A stretch of 63,285 nucleotides of DNA, filler included, from Octopus bimaculoides (lineage: Eukaryota), in the NCBI RefSeq assembly GCF_001194135.2. It is 6 parts of 6 records of this genome, joined end to end, with 100 filler letters (N's around TTAATTAATTAA, not from the genome) between each part and the next. Parts side by side here need not be neighbours in the genome. Positions count along the whole stretch, not along the records: positions 16,213 to 34,455 come from NC_068996.1; positions 34,556 to 39,765 come from NC_068986.1; positions 39,866 to 54,778 come from NC_068989.1; 3 more parts are not named here. One strand, 5' to 3'. Numbering within the stretch: position 1 is the first letter of the stretch; each line of letters opens with the position of its first letter. A program made the position numbers and the translations under genes. Below are positions 26,400 to 40,397 of this stretch, piece by piece. Under the pieces are notes generated by a model, which ran no database searches, was not told where the DNA came from, and was given only the letters and a program-made list of their open reading frames with translations.

Positions 26400-27450
26400 A
26401 TGTTCTTGAAGATGATAGAATAGTAAGAACTTCTTAGATTCCATAAGTTTTCTATTAGGCTTCAGATACGCACACACACACATTTGTACGAAAATATATA
26501 AAAAGTGCAATGAAACATACCACAAGACATCATTTAAGGAAAGAAGCACTTTTCAAATTGTGTTCAAGTGCAATAAGCATTTTTCGTGTAATACCAACAT
26601 CTTGAAGGTATTGTTTTTTAAAGTTTAAGATATTTTAATCTTACTAGCAATCTATTTTTTTGAGTTGTTTATATTCTGAATGTTAACGTTATTGTCATTC
26701 TAACTTCTTCTGAGAGTCCATGACTGTTATATATGTTTGATTTTCGAAGAACGACCAATCTTAGTTCAATTTCGATCTATGCATTCGCTTCGGTATTTTT
26801 TTGAGAAAGGATTTTGTTGTCGCTTAACAACACATTGTTCTCTCTCACCTGCTTACGTTATTTTATGTTGAGTCCTTTTTTTCCCTGCTATTTCCTCACT
26901 TTTCCGTTTGTATTTTCTTCTGTAATTATGAAGATATGGTGCTGTAGGCTGGTTCTGTTAGAAAGTGAAGTATTTGATCACATATTTGTGATACTGGGCC
27001 TAAAGTTATTTCCTTTCCTATCCTCAGAGTTTTTACTGGTGGTGTTCTAGAAATTGGGGTTTGTTGTTCTCTTCGTTGTTACTGTTGATTTTCATAATTT
27101 TCAGTTTTCTTAAATTTGCTTCCAATTTTTCCAGTTCTTTCGTGCATTCACCTCTTAGATGTATTTTGCTCTGACACATATAACAGCTCAGGTTTCTGTC
27201 CTAAATCCTCAATCCCATACACATTACTTTGGCGCGTTTTACTGGGTACAATTCCGGTACTGTTCTTGTGGTAGTTTGGGGATCATTAAGACTTGCAAGT
27301 TTATTTTGACACACTTTACCGGTCATCTTTCATTTGTCTATTTCAGTATTTGAAATATTTTCTTCTATTATTAGTTCACTACACAGAAAATTTTATGTTT
27401 TCGTTTTGTAATTTTTTTGCCATTGTAGTGTTTTGTCGTGTGACCTAATT
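26400..27450 (-). mobile_element. Decayed retroelement gag/ORF1-like relic
   Basis: Exact CX2CX4HX4C knuckle CYMCQSKIHLRGEC at 27185-27144 in an A-rich minus strand. Limits are uncertain. Confidence 0.35.
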
Positions 27451-27496
27451 ATGTGTGGTAGCCACTTTGGATGTGAAACGGTAAATCTTTTACGCT

Positions 27497-27896
27497 TTTA
27501 CTTGTTTCAGTCATTTGACTGCACCATGCTGGAGTACCTCATTTAGTTGAACAAATCGACCCCAGGACTTATTCATCGTAAGCTTAGTACTTATTCCGTC
27601 GGTTTCTTTTGCCGAACCGTTAGGTTATGAGGACGTAAACGTACCAACATCGGTTTTCAAGTGATGGTGGGGGGACAAACACGGACACATAAACACACAG
27701 AGACACAAACAGACAGACAGACGCACATATATACGATGGGCTTCTTTCAGTTTCCGTCTACCAAATCCACTCACAGGGTATTGGTCGGCTCGAGGCTATA
27801 GGAGAAGACACTTGTCCAAGGATCAACGCAGTGGAACTGAACACAAAACCATGTGGTTGAGAAGCAAGCTTCTTACCCCACAGCCACTCCTGTGCC
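27497..27896 (-). mobile_element. tRNA-derived SINE family C, complete
   Basis: Head GGAGTGGCTGTG.GGTAAGAAGCTTGCTT, a CORE-like segment (consensus CCTTGGGCAAGTGTCTT), an internal microsatellite, and a tail of consensus ACTGAAACAAGTAAAAG. Confidence 0.85.
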
Positions 27897-28334
27897 TAAC
27901 ATGTGTAAATAAAATCTTTTTAATCTGTGATTAAAACAATGAGTAGTGTGGGTTACACAACCTGAAGAAAATTCTAACTGGGTGCCACCTGCAAGGTCAT
28001 ACGGTATTTATTTTGATATGAGATCACCATATCGCGCACATATGGCTGTGATACATGTACCATGTGTACCCTTATCAGACGGGTAGTCATGGTGGGTATA
28101 TTGGGCTTCGCATATTTGTACCCCATTGTCCCTTTGGCAAAATGTAAAAACTTTGAGGTGATGGGCAGTTCAATTACTTTGACTTCAGGTTTTGAGTGGT
28201 ACTTAATTTTATCGTTCGCGAAAAGTCATAGTTGACCTCGGTCGGAAAAAAATGCTGCTTAGTGTTTTGTTCGATACGTTAATGTTTCTGCACACTCGCT
28301 GCTCCAATAAGAGCAATCCTTTCTACTGTAAGCG

Positions 28335-28506
28335 CAAGGTCTGAAATTTTCGTGGGGGGATTATTCGTTAACACCTACCCTAGTGTGCAAATGATACTTA
28401 TTTCATCGACCCTCGAAAGGATGACAGGTAAAGTCGACCTCAACGAAATTTGAACTCAGAACGTAAATTCAGGCGAAATGCAGCAAAGCATTTTGCTCGG
28501 TGTGCT
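28335..28506 (-). mobile_element. SINE family A
   Basis: Reverse complement of the family A body and head. Confidence 0.75.
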
Positions 28507-28559
28507 TGATGTCTTAAATAATGATAACAACAACAACAACAACAACAACAATAACACCG

Positions 28560-31500
28560 GGGACTTTTAACACGTGAGAGTGATAAAACTCTGCTCCGAA
28601 ATATATCCAAAAACATCGGGAATATAGACAACAAATGGAGCCTTAAATAACCGACAAAAGTGTTGGACTATATTCGAGTAAGTAATACTAAAATTTATTT
28701 CTATTTTCCAAATGAAATGTTGTATTTTAACTGTGTTTCATTTCCATCAACCGCACAACAAGTGTAAACACGCTCTCCACACTACGATCCAATCAACACC
28801 AGACCACCTCCGTCCCCAACCACCATGCACAAAACAAAATGAAAACTAAATTAAATAACACCCGTATTATCCAAGGATAACAAACAGAAAGTACGTACTT
28901 TAAACTTCACATGCAAAACCATTTAATACCAGAAATGAACGGACCGGCAACCTACGAAAATGATGACCATCAAAATAAAGGGCTTCATGTCCCGCAAATA
29001 AAATCAAAAGCATAAATGGACATGTGAAGAATATATTTCAATCCTACACGCTTATTTTACAGCAGTGCGCTACCCACAGAACCAAACACAACAACATATA
29101 CATATAAAATCTGGAAGAAAAATAACCTTGATAAAGATTTGGATACAGCAATGAACCCTAATAAACTGGCTAACATACAGAGATATATTCTAACCCCCCC
29201 CCCAAAAAAAAATATCAGAAATAGAAATAGAACACTTAAAAGGAAAAATACATCAAGAAAACGTAAATAGCAACCGCACAGCAATGCCAAATAATATCAC
29301 TGGGACTGTGAAAGACGAAAACAGACCTAACATGTCCAACAAAAACGAAGTAGACAACGAAAGACAACTAACTCAGACTGTAAGAGTGTATGATGATAAG
29401 CAAAATGCACCAAACCAGAACACTGGAGACAAAAATATGAACGGGAGGGAATACGAAACAAATCTAAAACCTGGAAACAGCGAAGGTGAAACTAATGATT
29501 ATGATACTCTAAAAATCAAAGAATTGAAAGCCACAGGTCTCAGTATTAAAATTGGTAATAAAACAACATCAATAAGAAATAGCTTGAACTTAGCCGTGAT
29601 AGAACTAACAGTCAAAGAAAAAAAACGTCAGTATGATCAGGATAAATAATATAATATATGCAGTAGCTTCTGTGGCCACAAAAGAAGCTGGATACTCCCT
29701 CAAACCCATCTACATACGAGTATCACCACCCAAACAAACCTTGAGGATAAAATCCAGAAAAAATAGAAAATAAGAGAAAGAATCTGTCAATCCTTAATGA
29801 AATTAGTAGGCAATCAAGAAGAGAAGAAAAATACTACTTAAACGCAAAATTACAGAACAAGGTATACCTGAGGTAAAGAAAGAAAAACAGTTAAAGCAAG
29901 ATATCCTCACCAAAGCACAAAGTATCCGTCAACGTTTCTTTGAACAAAACAAACAGTTCAACCCAAACTCCAAAAGATTCTACCAGGAAATTGGCAAAAA
30001 TAAAATAGAGATCGAAGCAGTACCAACAGCAAAGGAAGTGGAAGAATTTTGGAAGAGAGTATTGTCAGCGAAGGAACAAGTTCAGAAAAGGTCTATCAAA
30101 ACAATGAACACAGCACCTGAACAACTCTGGACCCCTATAACAACTGAAGAGGTCACTCAAGTACTGCAAAAAACAAAGCAACTGGATGGCACCCGGGTAC
30201 GACAAGATCCCCAACTTCTGGTTAAAATACCTAACAAGAACACATAAAAAGCTGGCTGAGAAATTTAATGAAATACTAACAGAGCCAGAGACAATGCCTG
30301 AATGGCACACGGAAGGGAAAACTATCCTAATTCCCAAATCCACTGAAACGGCAAACCAACAAAATTATAGACTGATAACTTGTCACCCTACAATTTGTAA
30401 AGCCTTTACTGCAATAATATCGCAGAGAATGAGCAAGCATCTGGAAGAAAACAACCTGTTTCCAGAAGAACAGAAGGGATGCTGCAAGGGCTCATACAGC
30501 TATAAAGATCAACTAATGATCAATAAAGCCGTAACTGAAGACAGCCACAGTAAGAAGGGTCTAAGTATGGCCTGGATAGATTACCGAAAAGCTTTTGATA
30601 GTATTCTCCAATAATCATAAAATATATAAGACATTCCATGAATAGATGGCAGAGAGTGCTACAGCTTCAAACAAAAGAGGGACTCCTAAAAACCAAAGCC
30701 ATCCCCATTAGAAGAGGAATATTCCAGGGAGACGCGCTCTCTCCACTCCTTTTCTGTTTGATACCTTTATCTGACATGCTAAACAAAACTGGATGTGGAT
30801 ACAACTATTACGGCCAAATAATCAACCATCTTTTGTATATGGATGATGTAAAACTGTACGCTACAAATGATAAACAGCTAGAATCGCTGCTACAGATAGT
30901 ACATGGATTTACCCAAGAAATAAACATGAAATTTGGCTTTAAAAATGTACCAAAGCAACCTTGAAAAGAGGAAAACTAGATAAGATTAGCAACATCGCAC
31001 TAGATAAAGCAAATGAAATAAGAGAATTAGTTCAAAGCCAGACATACAAATACTTAGGAACCAATGAACTAGATACGACACAACAAACACAAATAAAAGT
31101 GTAGATAAGAAAAGAATACTATAGACGAGTTAGATTAATACTGAAAACAAAGCTCAATGCTAAAACAAGATAATAGGTATAAACACTTTAGCCGTCCCAG
31201 TTAAAGTTACAGCTACAATATACTTAACTGAACTCTAAATGAACTAATCAAAATAGACAGGAAAACAAGAAAAATAATTACAGGATTTACGATGCATCAC
31301 CCAAAATCTGATAGAAAGGTTATATAGACAACGTATGGAAGGTGTTAGTAGCCTTATACAGCTAGAAAATTATTACAAAATAACCATCATAGGACTACAG
31401 AAATACTTACATCAGAAGTAAGGAAAATTAATACAAATAGCCACAAAACACGAACAAAACAAAAAAACTTTTTCAGTTTTTAAGGAAGCTGACAAATACA

Positions 31501-32400
31501 AAAGAGAATTCATAATACATAACAACTATGAAGAAATAAAGAAGAAACAACAAAAACTGTAAAACAACGTAAATCCAAACTAAAACCAGAACAACACCGG
31601 ATCATGATAAAATGATGGCAAGAAAAGCCCCTTCGTGGCAAATACCGGATTAAACTAAAAAAATATACAGGCAAAATCCCAACAATGGCTGAGAAGCTCA
31701 GGACTCAAAGCAGAGATTGAAGGACTTTTAATTACAGCACAAGCCTCCCCACCAGAAATTACCAAAAACATGTAATGAAAAGAAATACAACAACAAACTG
31801 CAGAATATGTTGAGATGGAGACGAAACAATAAATCATATTGTCTCTGACATGACAGAGTTGGGATCTATATACACTTGAAGCTGTACCAACACTATGGAA
31901 AAACAGCAGAAAAATGATGGTATAGGCATACGCCAGAAAAGGTCACAGAAAATGAGAAAGCAACCATACTCTGGGATATGCCAATACACACAGATAGAGA
32001 AATTAAGGCCAATAAGCCGGATATAGTTATCAGAGATTATCAAGAAAAAATGTTTTTAGTTGGTGTACTAATACCAACAGATGACGATGTTTCTCTAAAA
32101 TGCAAAGACCTGGAAATGGAGGTAACTCGAAAGTGAAATCTTAAAACAGAAACAACTCCTAACATAGGAGGCACATTAGGTACGATAAAAAGAATATTCA
32201 GACAAATACATAACAAAAACACCAGGACTTACAAGTACATATAACATACAAAAAAATAGCACACATCCTACGTAAAACACTTTGAATATAATTAAAATGA
32301 GAGCATCATAACCAAAGTGCACAGAGCTGCGCTCGGTAGTGGAGTAAAAGCACATGATAAAAATAGATAAAATAAGACTACTGAATAATAACAACTATAA
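28560..32400 (+). mobile_element. Near-full-length decayed R4/Dong-clade non-LTR retrotransposon (RT + C-terminal restriction-like endonuclease)
   Basis: Frameshifted ORF at about 28900-32285 with KWTCEEY, PEWHTEGKTILIPKS, NYRLITC, EEQKGC, LSMAWIDYRKAFDS, RGIFQGDALSPLLFC, INHLLYMDDVKLYA, a CRIC..ETINHIV zinc motif, WD..HTDREIKANKPDIV and AHILRKTL-stop. The 3'UTR ends in a TAA-like tail. The 5' limit is uncertain. Confidence 0.92.
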
Positions 32401-32401
32401 T

Positions 32402-32614
32402 GGTTTCAAATTTTGGCACAAAACCAGCAAATTCTGGGTAGGAGATAAGTCAATTACATCGCCATAATGCCCAACTGTTACTTATTTTATCGACCCCGAA
32501 AGGATGAAAGACAAAGTTGGACCTCGGCGGAATTTGAACTGAAAATGTAAAGACAGACGAACTACTGCTAAGCATTTACCCCGGCGTTCTAACGTTCCTG
32601 CCAGCGCGCAGCCT

Positions 32615-32616
<2 letters not shown>
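32402..32616 (-). mobile_element. SINE family A abutting the Dong 3' tail
   Basis: Reverse complement of family A. Confidence 0.85.
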
Positions 32617-32689
<73 letters not shown>

Positions 32690-32704
32690 GTAATAATAAT
32701 AATG

Positions 32705-32743
<39 letters not shown>

Positions 32744-33127
32744 TCTTTTATTGCCCACAAGGGCTCACATAAAATTACATAAACCAAAATAAAAGACGAA
32801 AACAGGGTGATACAATGGGTTTTACAACGTGTAAACAATATAACAATTAAAAATTAAAAGTCAGTGGTCACAAAAACGACCTTGGAATGTCAAAAAAATG
32901 TGTAAATAGGATGTAGGAAAAGATTAAGTTAAAATTACGGAACATCAATAGCAAAGCGTGATAGCAACATATAAATGCAGAAAACGGGGACGTTGAACAT
33001 TTATAATGTATAGCAACAACAGCCTCAGAGGCGTACGTAGTATTGTCAAAAGGACAAAAATAGCACACACACAGCAAATGTAAGCACTTATACAAACGAC
33101 AGCGATTACTTGTTGGTGGATAGGCAC

Positions 33128-33592
33128 CTACAAAATTTCCTTATAGACTATATGTTGGGTTTTCTCGCGAGTTGCAAAAGCAAATAGGTTATGTCGGCTC
33201 CTCACTTGAGAGCAGCCAACATATAGTTGACCATAGGAAAAGCATAGTTATTCTAAATTAAGCCCTACAACCGTCAGCATCTGACACTGTGATTTGTTAA
33301 TCGACATGGCAAAACTGACCCGGAGAGGGAATTGCAATCTTCTGAATGCGAAAGGAATGTCTTTACCAGGTGGAACGAGAAGTATACTTGGTATGAAGAT
33401 AGTATCCCCCTTACCACATCCTGTAAGTATTGTTGCCCCAATAACATGAGGCATCGCCTTTTGAACGACCAGACGCATGCCGTTGCAAAGCCTGGCGGGG
33501 TTCCAAATTTCTGAGCAGCATGACAGAGGCACCTTTCTTAAGATGCAGTAAGTGTTGTAGCAATCTGTTTTATGAGGTAAGAGGGTCGACCA
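33128..33592 (-). mobile_element. Helitron RepHel PIF1-helicase C-terminal relic
   Basis: HLKKGASVMLLRNLE, RLCNGMRLVV, ATILTG, FRRLQFPLRVSFAMSINKSQ and CFSYGQLYVGCSQV..IVYKEIL-stop. Confidence 0.92.
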
Positions 33593-33629
33593 GCTTCATT
33601 CATCTGAGAACCGTTGATGGAAACTTGGT

Positions 33630-33808
33630 GGAGGGGGATAGTCGATTGCATTGACTCCAGTACTCAACTGGTACTTAATTTATCGACTCCGAAAGGGTGA
33701 AAGGCAAAGTCGAGTTCGGTTGGGTTTGACCTCAGAAAGTAAAGACAGACGAAATACCGCTAAGCATTTCGCCCGGCGTTCTAACGATTCTGCCAGATCG
33801 CTGCATTA
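33630..33808 (-). mobile_element. SINE family A
   Basis: Reverse complement of family A. Confidence 0.85.
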
Positions 33809-33819
33809 AATAATAATAG

Positions 33820-33883
<64 letters not shown>

Positions 33884-33908
33884 AATAATAATAATAATAA
33901 TAATAATA

Positions 33909-33978
<70 letters not shown>

Positions 33979-33986
33979 GTCAACGT

Positions 33987-34455
33987 GCCGTTTAGCTTCC
34001 AGGTAGAATACTTAGCCGGTATCTGAGGGATACAAGGTCGAATCCCGTGACCGCCTGCTGACAATTTACCCTGATGCAGTGACTCCCATGGCTTTTGATC
34101 CTAACTGATTGGAAGTCTTATCATGTACATTGTTTTGTCTTGGTATAAAAAGATGGGCTACGGTAAATATTCTGCTCAATACCACAGATTTGCTTGTCAG
34201 TTGTTTGACCTTAACCAGTTGAGCATGTCCCTTGGTGGCTGACGATATGTGCATCTCTGATTATGAGCAGAAGTAGTGGGGGAGCATCATAGCCAAGTGT
34301 TGAGAGGAATTCTTTGGGGTTTGAATAATCCACCTTTGGAAACATAGGTGTTTTGCTCAACATCCTTAAACAAACCTTATTCAGGGACCTTTTGAGCGGG
34401 ATGGGCTACACGACCTGAACAAAATTCCAACTGGGCCCCACCTGCGAGGTCATGC
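33987..34455 (+). mobile_element. tRNA-derived SINE family B (5' part, cut by gap)
   Basis: A-box-like TAGCTTCCAGGTAG and B-box-like GGTCGAATCC (34036-34045). The body matches 54180-54545. Confidence 0.8.
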
Positions 34456-35469
34456 NNNNNNNNNNNNNNNNNNNNNNNNNNNNNNNNNNNNNNNNNNNNT
34501 TAATTAATTAANNNNNNNNNNNNNNNNNNNNNNNNNNNNNNNNNNNNNNNNNNNNCACACACACACACACACACTGGCAGTACATGTGAAAGCCACGCTG
34601 TTTTTATGTTAGTAAGTCTTTTCGATATTCCTTCTATTTTCCCGACTTCGTCGGAAAACTGTTAGGTTTGTTTTTCGAAGGAGACTGAACACCCGCGGAA
34701 ATACTTGTTTTGGCTTCACGCTTTGAACACGGAATGGGTTATGTGCTCTTTCCAAAATTCTACTTCATAATATCTAGTTTAATTTTGCTACACGGCTAAA
34801 TCATTTTCAATCAAAGAAATAGAGGGTACAGGAAAAAAATGTTCCAAAAATTACTCCTACCCGTCGTCAGCAAATCAACTGACATTCCTGCTTAGAAAGG
34901 CATGTCTCGACTGTTGCTGAAACGAAGTCTAAAGAGATACGTCCCTGGGACTACAAAGTGTCAACATGAATACAACGTTAATGAGAATAACAACAAAAAC
35001 AACCACGACACCAAACTAACTCAATCATGCATGACAAAAAAAAATCCCCCAAAACAAAAACAAAAAAAATGACAATGACGAAAACAGCAGCATCGACTGT
35101 CGTAGCCAGAACGGTAACATTATTAAATCATCGATTATCACAATCTCGAAATCAAGTCCGTCGTTTGCTAATGTAATGCAGACATGGATTGATTTAGAAT
35201 TGGAAGAAAACATGGAGTTCATTCTGAGTCACCAGTATTACTTGGCCAGGCAGAACCTAATCATGCTTCCCCAGAAGACGGAGGCGAACCATCACCTATA
35301 AATGCATTAACAAGAAAACCAGGTGGATTGATAACTCAACACCAGAACAAGAAGTGAAATGCTTAAAGGACAAGTGGGAATCAGTATGGCATGAGAGAAG
35401 AGGAAGACAATATAAAAAGTTAGATATACTTTGCCTCAACGAAGACAAAACTACAAGAATATCCACAAA

Positions 35470-36048
35470 GGCGCAGGAGTGGCTGTGTGGTAAGTAGCTT
35501 GCTTACGAACCACATGGTTCCGGTTCAGTCCCACTGCATGGCACCTTGGGCAAGTGTCTTCTACTATAGCCTCAGGCCGACCAAAACCTTGTGAGTGAAT
35601 TTGGTAGACGGAAACTGAGAGAAGCCCATCGTATATATATATATATATATNNNNNNNNNNNNNNNNNNNNNNNNNNNNNNNNNNNNNNNNNNNNNNNNNN
35701 NNNNNNNNNNNNNNNNNNNNNNNNNNNNNNNNNNNNNNNNNNNNNNNNNNNNNNNNNNNNNNNNNNNNNNNNNNNNNNNNNNNNNNNNNNNNNNNNNNNN
35801 NNNNTGTATGTATGTATGTATGTATGTATGTATGTATATGTTTGTGTGTCTATGTTTATCCCCCCAACATCGCTTGACAACCGATGCTGGTGTGTTTACG
35901 TCCCCGTAACTTAGAGGTTCGGCAAGAGAGACCGATAGAATAAGTACTAGGCTTACAAAGAATAAATCCTGGGGTTGATTTGCTCAACTGAAGGCGGTGC
36001 TCCAGCATGGCCGCAGTCAAATGACTGAAACAAATAAAATAAAATAAA
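35470..36048 (+). mobile_element. SINE family C with a gap in its internal microsatellite
   Basis: Both halves flank the N run at 35651-35804. Confidence 0.85.
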
Positions 36049-36509
36049 AAAATGCTTACTCTTTCGCAGATGATACACACCTGCTCTCGTATTTAGGGAA
36101 ACGTGTAAATAAAGTGACACTAAATATAATTCCACCTAAAATAAATCTTAATTGTCTTAGAATGACTGGAGAAGTGCGGGGAGACTGTTAATTTGAAAAC
36201 GACGCCACATTAAAAGCAGCCCGAAATAAAGCTAAAGATACCGATGCTGTTTGCTCAAGAAAAGTTACTGAAGATTCTTGAACATATTCACCTGAAGAAT
36301 AGGGATCTCGTAAAAGTTGTGGTAGAAAGCAGGAGAGGCAGGCGTTACTTTTGTGAAAGCAATGTCGGCATTCTGTTCTCTGGAAAAAGACTAAAAGTCT
36401 TTTACTGCCTATGTCACAGTCGTAACATAAACAACTTCAACACCATCTTCAAGAACTGCAGAGAAGTAAGATTCAGAAAGCACACATACACAAAAAAACA
36501 TCCTTAATC

Positions 36510-37300
36510 TTTCATACTCTAAATAATCGCCTAATGACGGAGGAGAATCTATCGAGTAGCGATTAGAAAAGGCATCGTGACAACGAGCTAGAGGCAAGAA
36601 TGGCTCTCGACCATTTCTTTTGAAACGCGAAACAAGAAGGCTGCATCGTCAGAATTAGGCCTCGTGAGCCACAACAAGAAGGAACAAAAGCCGTTCGATG
36701 GGTAAGGGAGACGGAGGTGCAACGGAGTAATAAATCAACAGTTCAGTGAAATCACCAGCAGAGCCATCTTACGACAACGTCCACCTCATGCGATACTTCA
36801 CAGAGAGATCGAGCAACAAATCTAACATTCATGGGGCCCTGATCAATTTGGATCAGTCGAAAGCTTTCGATACGGTCGATCATCTCTACCTGGCAGCAGT
36901 TCTAAAAGCAGCCGGTTTCGGATCAGTTTTCAGAGGTTAGGTCGCAGCAATGCACAGTGACTTTTGTTCAGCGATCAAACTGAACGACCACTTCCCAGAA
37001 CTATTTCATATCACGCGCTCGATCCGTCAGGAGTGTTCTCTCTCGTCTCTTTTATACATACTGGCTCACGAGCCATCAGTGCAGCTGCTAGAACTCTTGT
37101 GGGGCATTCCCTTCGAGCTGGTGTTCAGGAGAGCTGTCTCTGTGTATACGGGCGACATCACTGTAATGGTGTCGGACAGCACAGAAGTGCAAGTAACAAC
37201 TCCATTCTAAAGGAATACAAGGCAATGACAAGAGCAAAGATATATCTGGTCAAGTTGAAGGGATTGCGGTTCACCACCTTTGGAAGCAAGCCTATATTAG
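36510..37300 (+). mobile_element. L1/Tx1-clade LINE relic: linker and RT, internally deleted
   Basis: YDNVHLMRY..GALINLDQSKAFDTVDH..VLKAAGFG, SIRQECSLSSLLYILAHEP and VSVYTGDITVMVSD (degenerate YADD). Confidence 0.88.
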
Positions 37301-37459
37301 AAACAATTATCATTATTATAGCTAAAATCGACCTCAAATTCCACCGGCACTGACTTTGTTTTTCAACCTTTCGGGGTCAAAAAAATAAGCACTGGAGTTT
37401 ATGTCATCGATTAACCCCTTTCCCTCAAAACTTTCAGAAATCATCATTATCATCATCAC

Positions 37460-37492
<33 letters not shown>

Positions 37493-37496
37493 TATC

Positions 37497-37534
<38 letters not shown>

Positions 37535-37874
37535 CATAATAATAATAATTATTATTATTATTACCATACCATGAATCCAGATCCCATTAGCGCATTATGG
37601 CAGCATCGAAGGTGATTTTCATCTTGCGATATCATTAATTAACGCAAAAAAAGTGGCGAGCAAAAAAAAAAAAAAAAAAAAAAAAAAATAAATGTTTGGA
37701 CCTACACCATTGACTGGTCGCTACTGAAAGTAGTTCCAGAAAATAATCACGCTTACGAATCAAAAGACTCTGCTGTGGATCAGAAAGGAATACTTCAATA
37801 TGCATTAGAACTGGAAAAAAAAAAAAATCAATGGAACATTTAATTCTATCACCACACGGACTTCGACAATCAAA

Positions 37875-38150
37875 ATGATCCCCAATGATATTGCTGTATA
37901 ATTTAGACTAGCTGAAAGGTTAAGTTTATGGAACATGCCATTAGGACGACAATTTTCACTGGGGGCATGAAAGAACAAGATGCAACTATATACAGAATTT
38001 CAATCATACTCATGTGGATCTTAGGAGACAAGTTGCCATTTCAATTACAAATACCAAGAGTAAACATTGAAATTTGCTGAACTGCACCTTGTGGAGACCT
38101 ACTTTGCACGTGCCTTATTTCATGTAGGAAACTCATGTATTGGCTTTCCT
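37875..38150 (+). mobile_element. Second, older Helitron helicase relic
   Basis: MILLYNLD followed by EHAIRTTIFTGGMKEQDATIYRISII, similar to IMLLRNLD..HVIEATILTG..G.DV.IPRI. Confidence 0.45.
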
Positions 38151-38544
38151 CCTCGTAATCTCTTTTATGCAGTTGAGGATACATAATGTCTAGAATTGCT
38201 CTGGCACCGATGGTTACAAAGGTAATATATACCCTAGGGCTGACTATAAGTCTTAATACAATTTATAGCTGCATATACTGGAGTTCCAATATTTAAATAC
38301 AACGTTTTCTTTTCGCGTTCTAGTTTCCAAACGTTATAAAAATGATTTTATTTCCCTAGACGGTTTTCCAACCAACATTTGAGGTTTTACTGATTTTTCA
38401 AATTATTTAAAAAATTAAAACAATATTTAAGAATAAAAGATAATATGTCACGTTCAGAAATAGTTTTCAATAAAATAAAACTGTTTTCACTTTTACTTGT
38501 TCCTGAGTTTTTCATTAATATATTTGAAATGGATACTCTTTTAC

Positions 38545-38749
38545 TCTTTTACGCTTTTACTTGTTTCAGTCATTTGGCTGTGGCCATGCTGGAGCACCGT
38601 CTTCAGTCGAGCAAATCGACCCCAGGACTTATTCTTTGTAAGCCTAGTACTTATTCTATTGGTCTCTTTTGCCGAACCGCTAATTTACGGGGACGTAAAC
38701 ACACCAGCATCGGTTGTCAAGCGATGTTGGGGAGACAAACACAGACACA

Positions 38750-38838
<89 letters not shown>
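38545..38838 (-). mobile_element. SINE family C, 3' half
   Basis: Reverse complement of the family C tail plus (CA)n. Confidence 0.85.
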
Positions 38839-38840
<2 letters not shown>

Positions 38841-38874
38841 TGGGAATCACAGTTTATTCATCGCTTGCATAGGC

Positions 38875-39335
38875 TAGGAGAATGTCAAACTGAATTTCGA
38901 AAGCGACAGAAGCCTCTAGAAAGTTCCGCTATCGTCTTTGGAATGAAAGAGGAAGATTCCTCAAAACCAAAATCAGAATGTATCTACGTCTGTATTCACA
39001 TTTCTCCAGTTAGGATCATAAATAACATATTGGAACTATGTTAATGAACTTGAAATTTTTCACAAATGCTGTCCGCGTTCGATATGCGGACACACCATGC
39101 AGGACAAAATATATACTTCTGATCTCACTAAACGTTGAATAAAGAGAACTGAATTAATTTTGGTTCAATTACAATTCAGATAAGCTGGTCATGCCACCAG
39201 AATGACAGACAACAGGATACATAAAGTCCTCAGGTATAGCTAGTTTCAAAATGGTGTACTGAATGAGGGTAAGCCATGGTTGCGAACCAAAGACTAATCT
39301 AAGTACAATTTGATAGCTGTCATCCTTCTCCATGA
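38875..39335 (+). mobile_element. RTE-clade (BovB-like) LINE relic, post-RT region
   Basis: FRYRLWNERGRFLKTKIRMY, then QLQFR*AGHATRMTDNRIHK..GKPWLRTKD, resembling RTE RLWN..TKI.VY and LRWAGHV.RM.D.RIPK. Confidence 0.75.
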
Positions 39336-39693
39336 AAAATTTCGAGATAAATCATTTAAGTCATCTGAGAGAATTTAGAACGAATACAAAATGTAGATCT
39401 AATATATCATTCACGTTCACCGGCAAAATCGTCAAATTGCAACTGCGCGTGTGTCTTACAAGTAACACAAAAACTGAATCTTGTTTTTTAACCTATTAAA
39501 CCGTTGGGACATCATGCATAAAAAACGACGAGCATGCATACATGCACACATACATACATACATACATAGTGCGTACATACATACGTATATATACATACAC
39601 GCACACACACAGACATACACATATACACGCATACACACATATACATATATGCATAAACACAGACACACAATAAACATGTGTGCCCATACATAC

Positions 39694-39765
<72 letters not shown>

Positions 39766-40006
39766 NNNNNNNNNNNNNNNNNNNNNNNNNNNNNNNNNNN
39801 NNNNNNNNNTTAATTAATTAANNNNNNNNNNNNNNNNNNNNNNNNNNNNNNNNNNNNNNNNNNNNATATATATATGTATGTATGTGTGTGTGTGTGTGTA
39901 TATATATATATACGTATATATTTATCTATATATGTAATTATATATAATGTATGTATAATGTATGTATAAGCACGTGTCCAATAGTATGCGCGCGCATATA
40001 ATATAC

Positions 40007-40046
<40 letters not shown>

Positions 40047-40397
40047 ATGTATACATGTATATATATGTGTGTGTGTGTTTATGTATGTATGTATGTATGT
40101 ATAGATAAATAGATAGATAGATAGAGACAGAGAGCGGGAGAGAGAGAGAGTGAAAGATGTAATCATATATATGTAAATATATATTTAAGAATTTATATGT
40201 ACATATATATACGTATGGATATAAGTAGTTATTCAAACCTGGGATATAAACATGGTGGTAAGCCGATTGAAGATCTTTCACTGTTTATGGCTACCTGATG
40301 TCATCCACAGTATTGATATAACTGCCACTGGATCTACCTCAGGAATTCCTTAGTGTTTGTCCATTATATAACAAATAAATGAAACAGAAAATGGAAT

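Noticed and set aside
33987-34060. tRNA-like heads here and in families A, C and D as tRNA genes
   Set aside because: They have A and B boxes but no complete cloverleaf, and each continues into a repeated SINE body.
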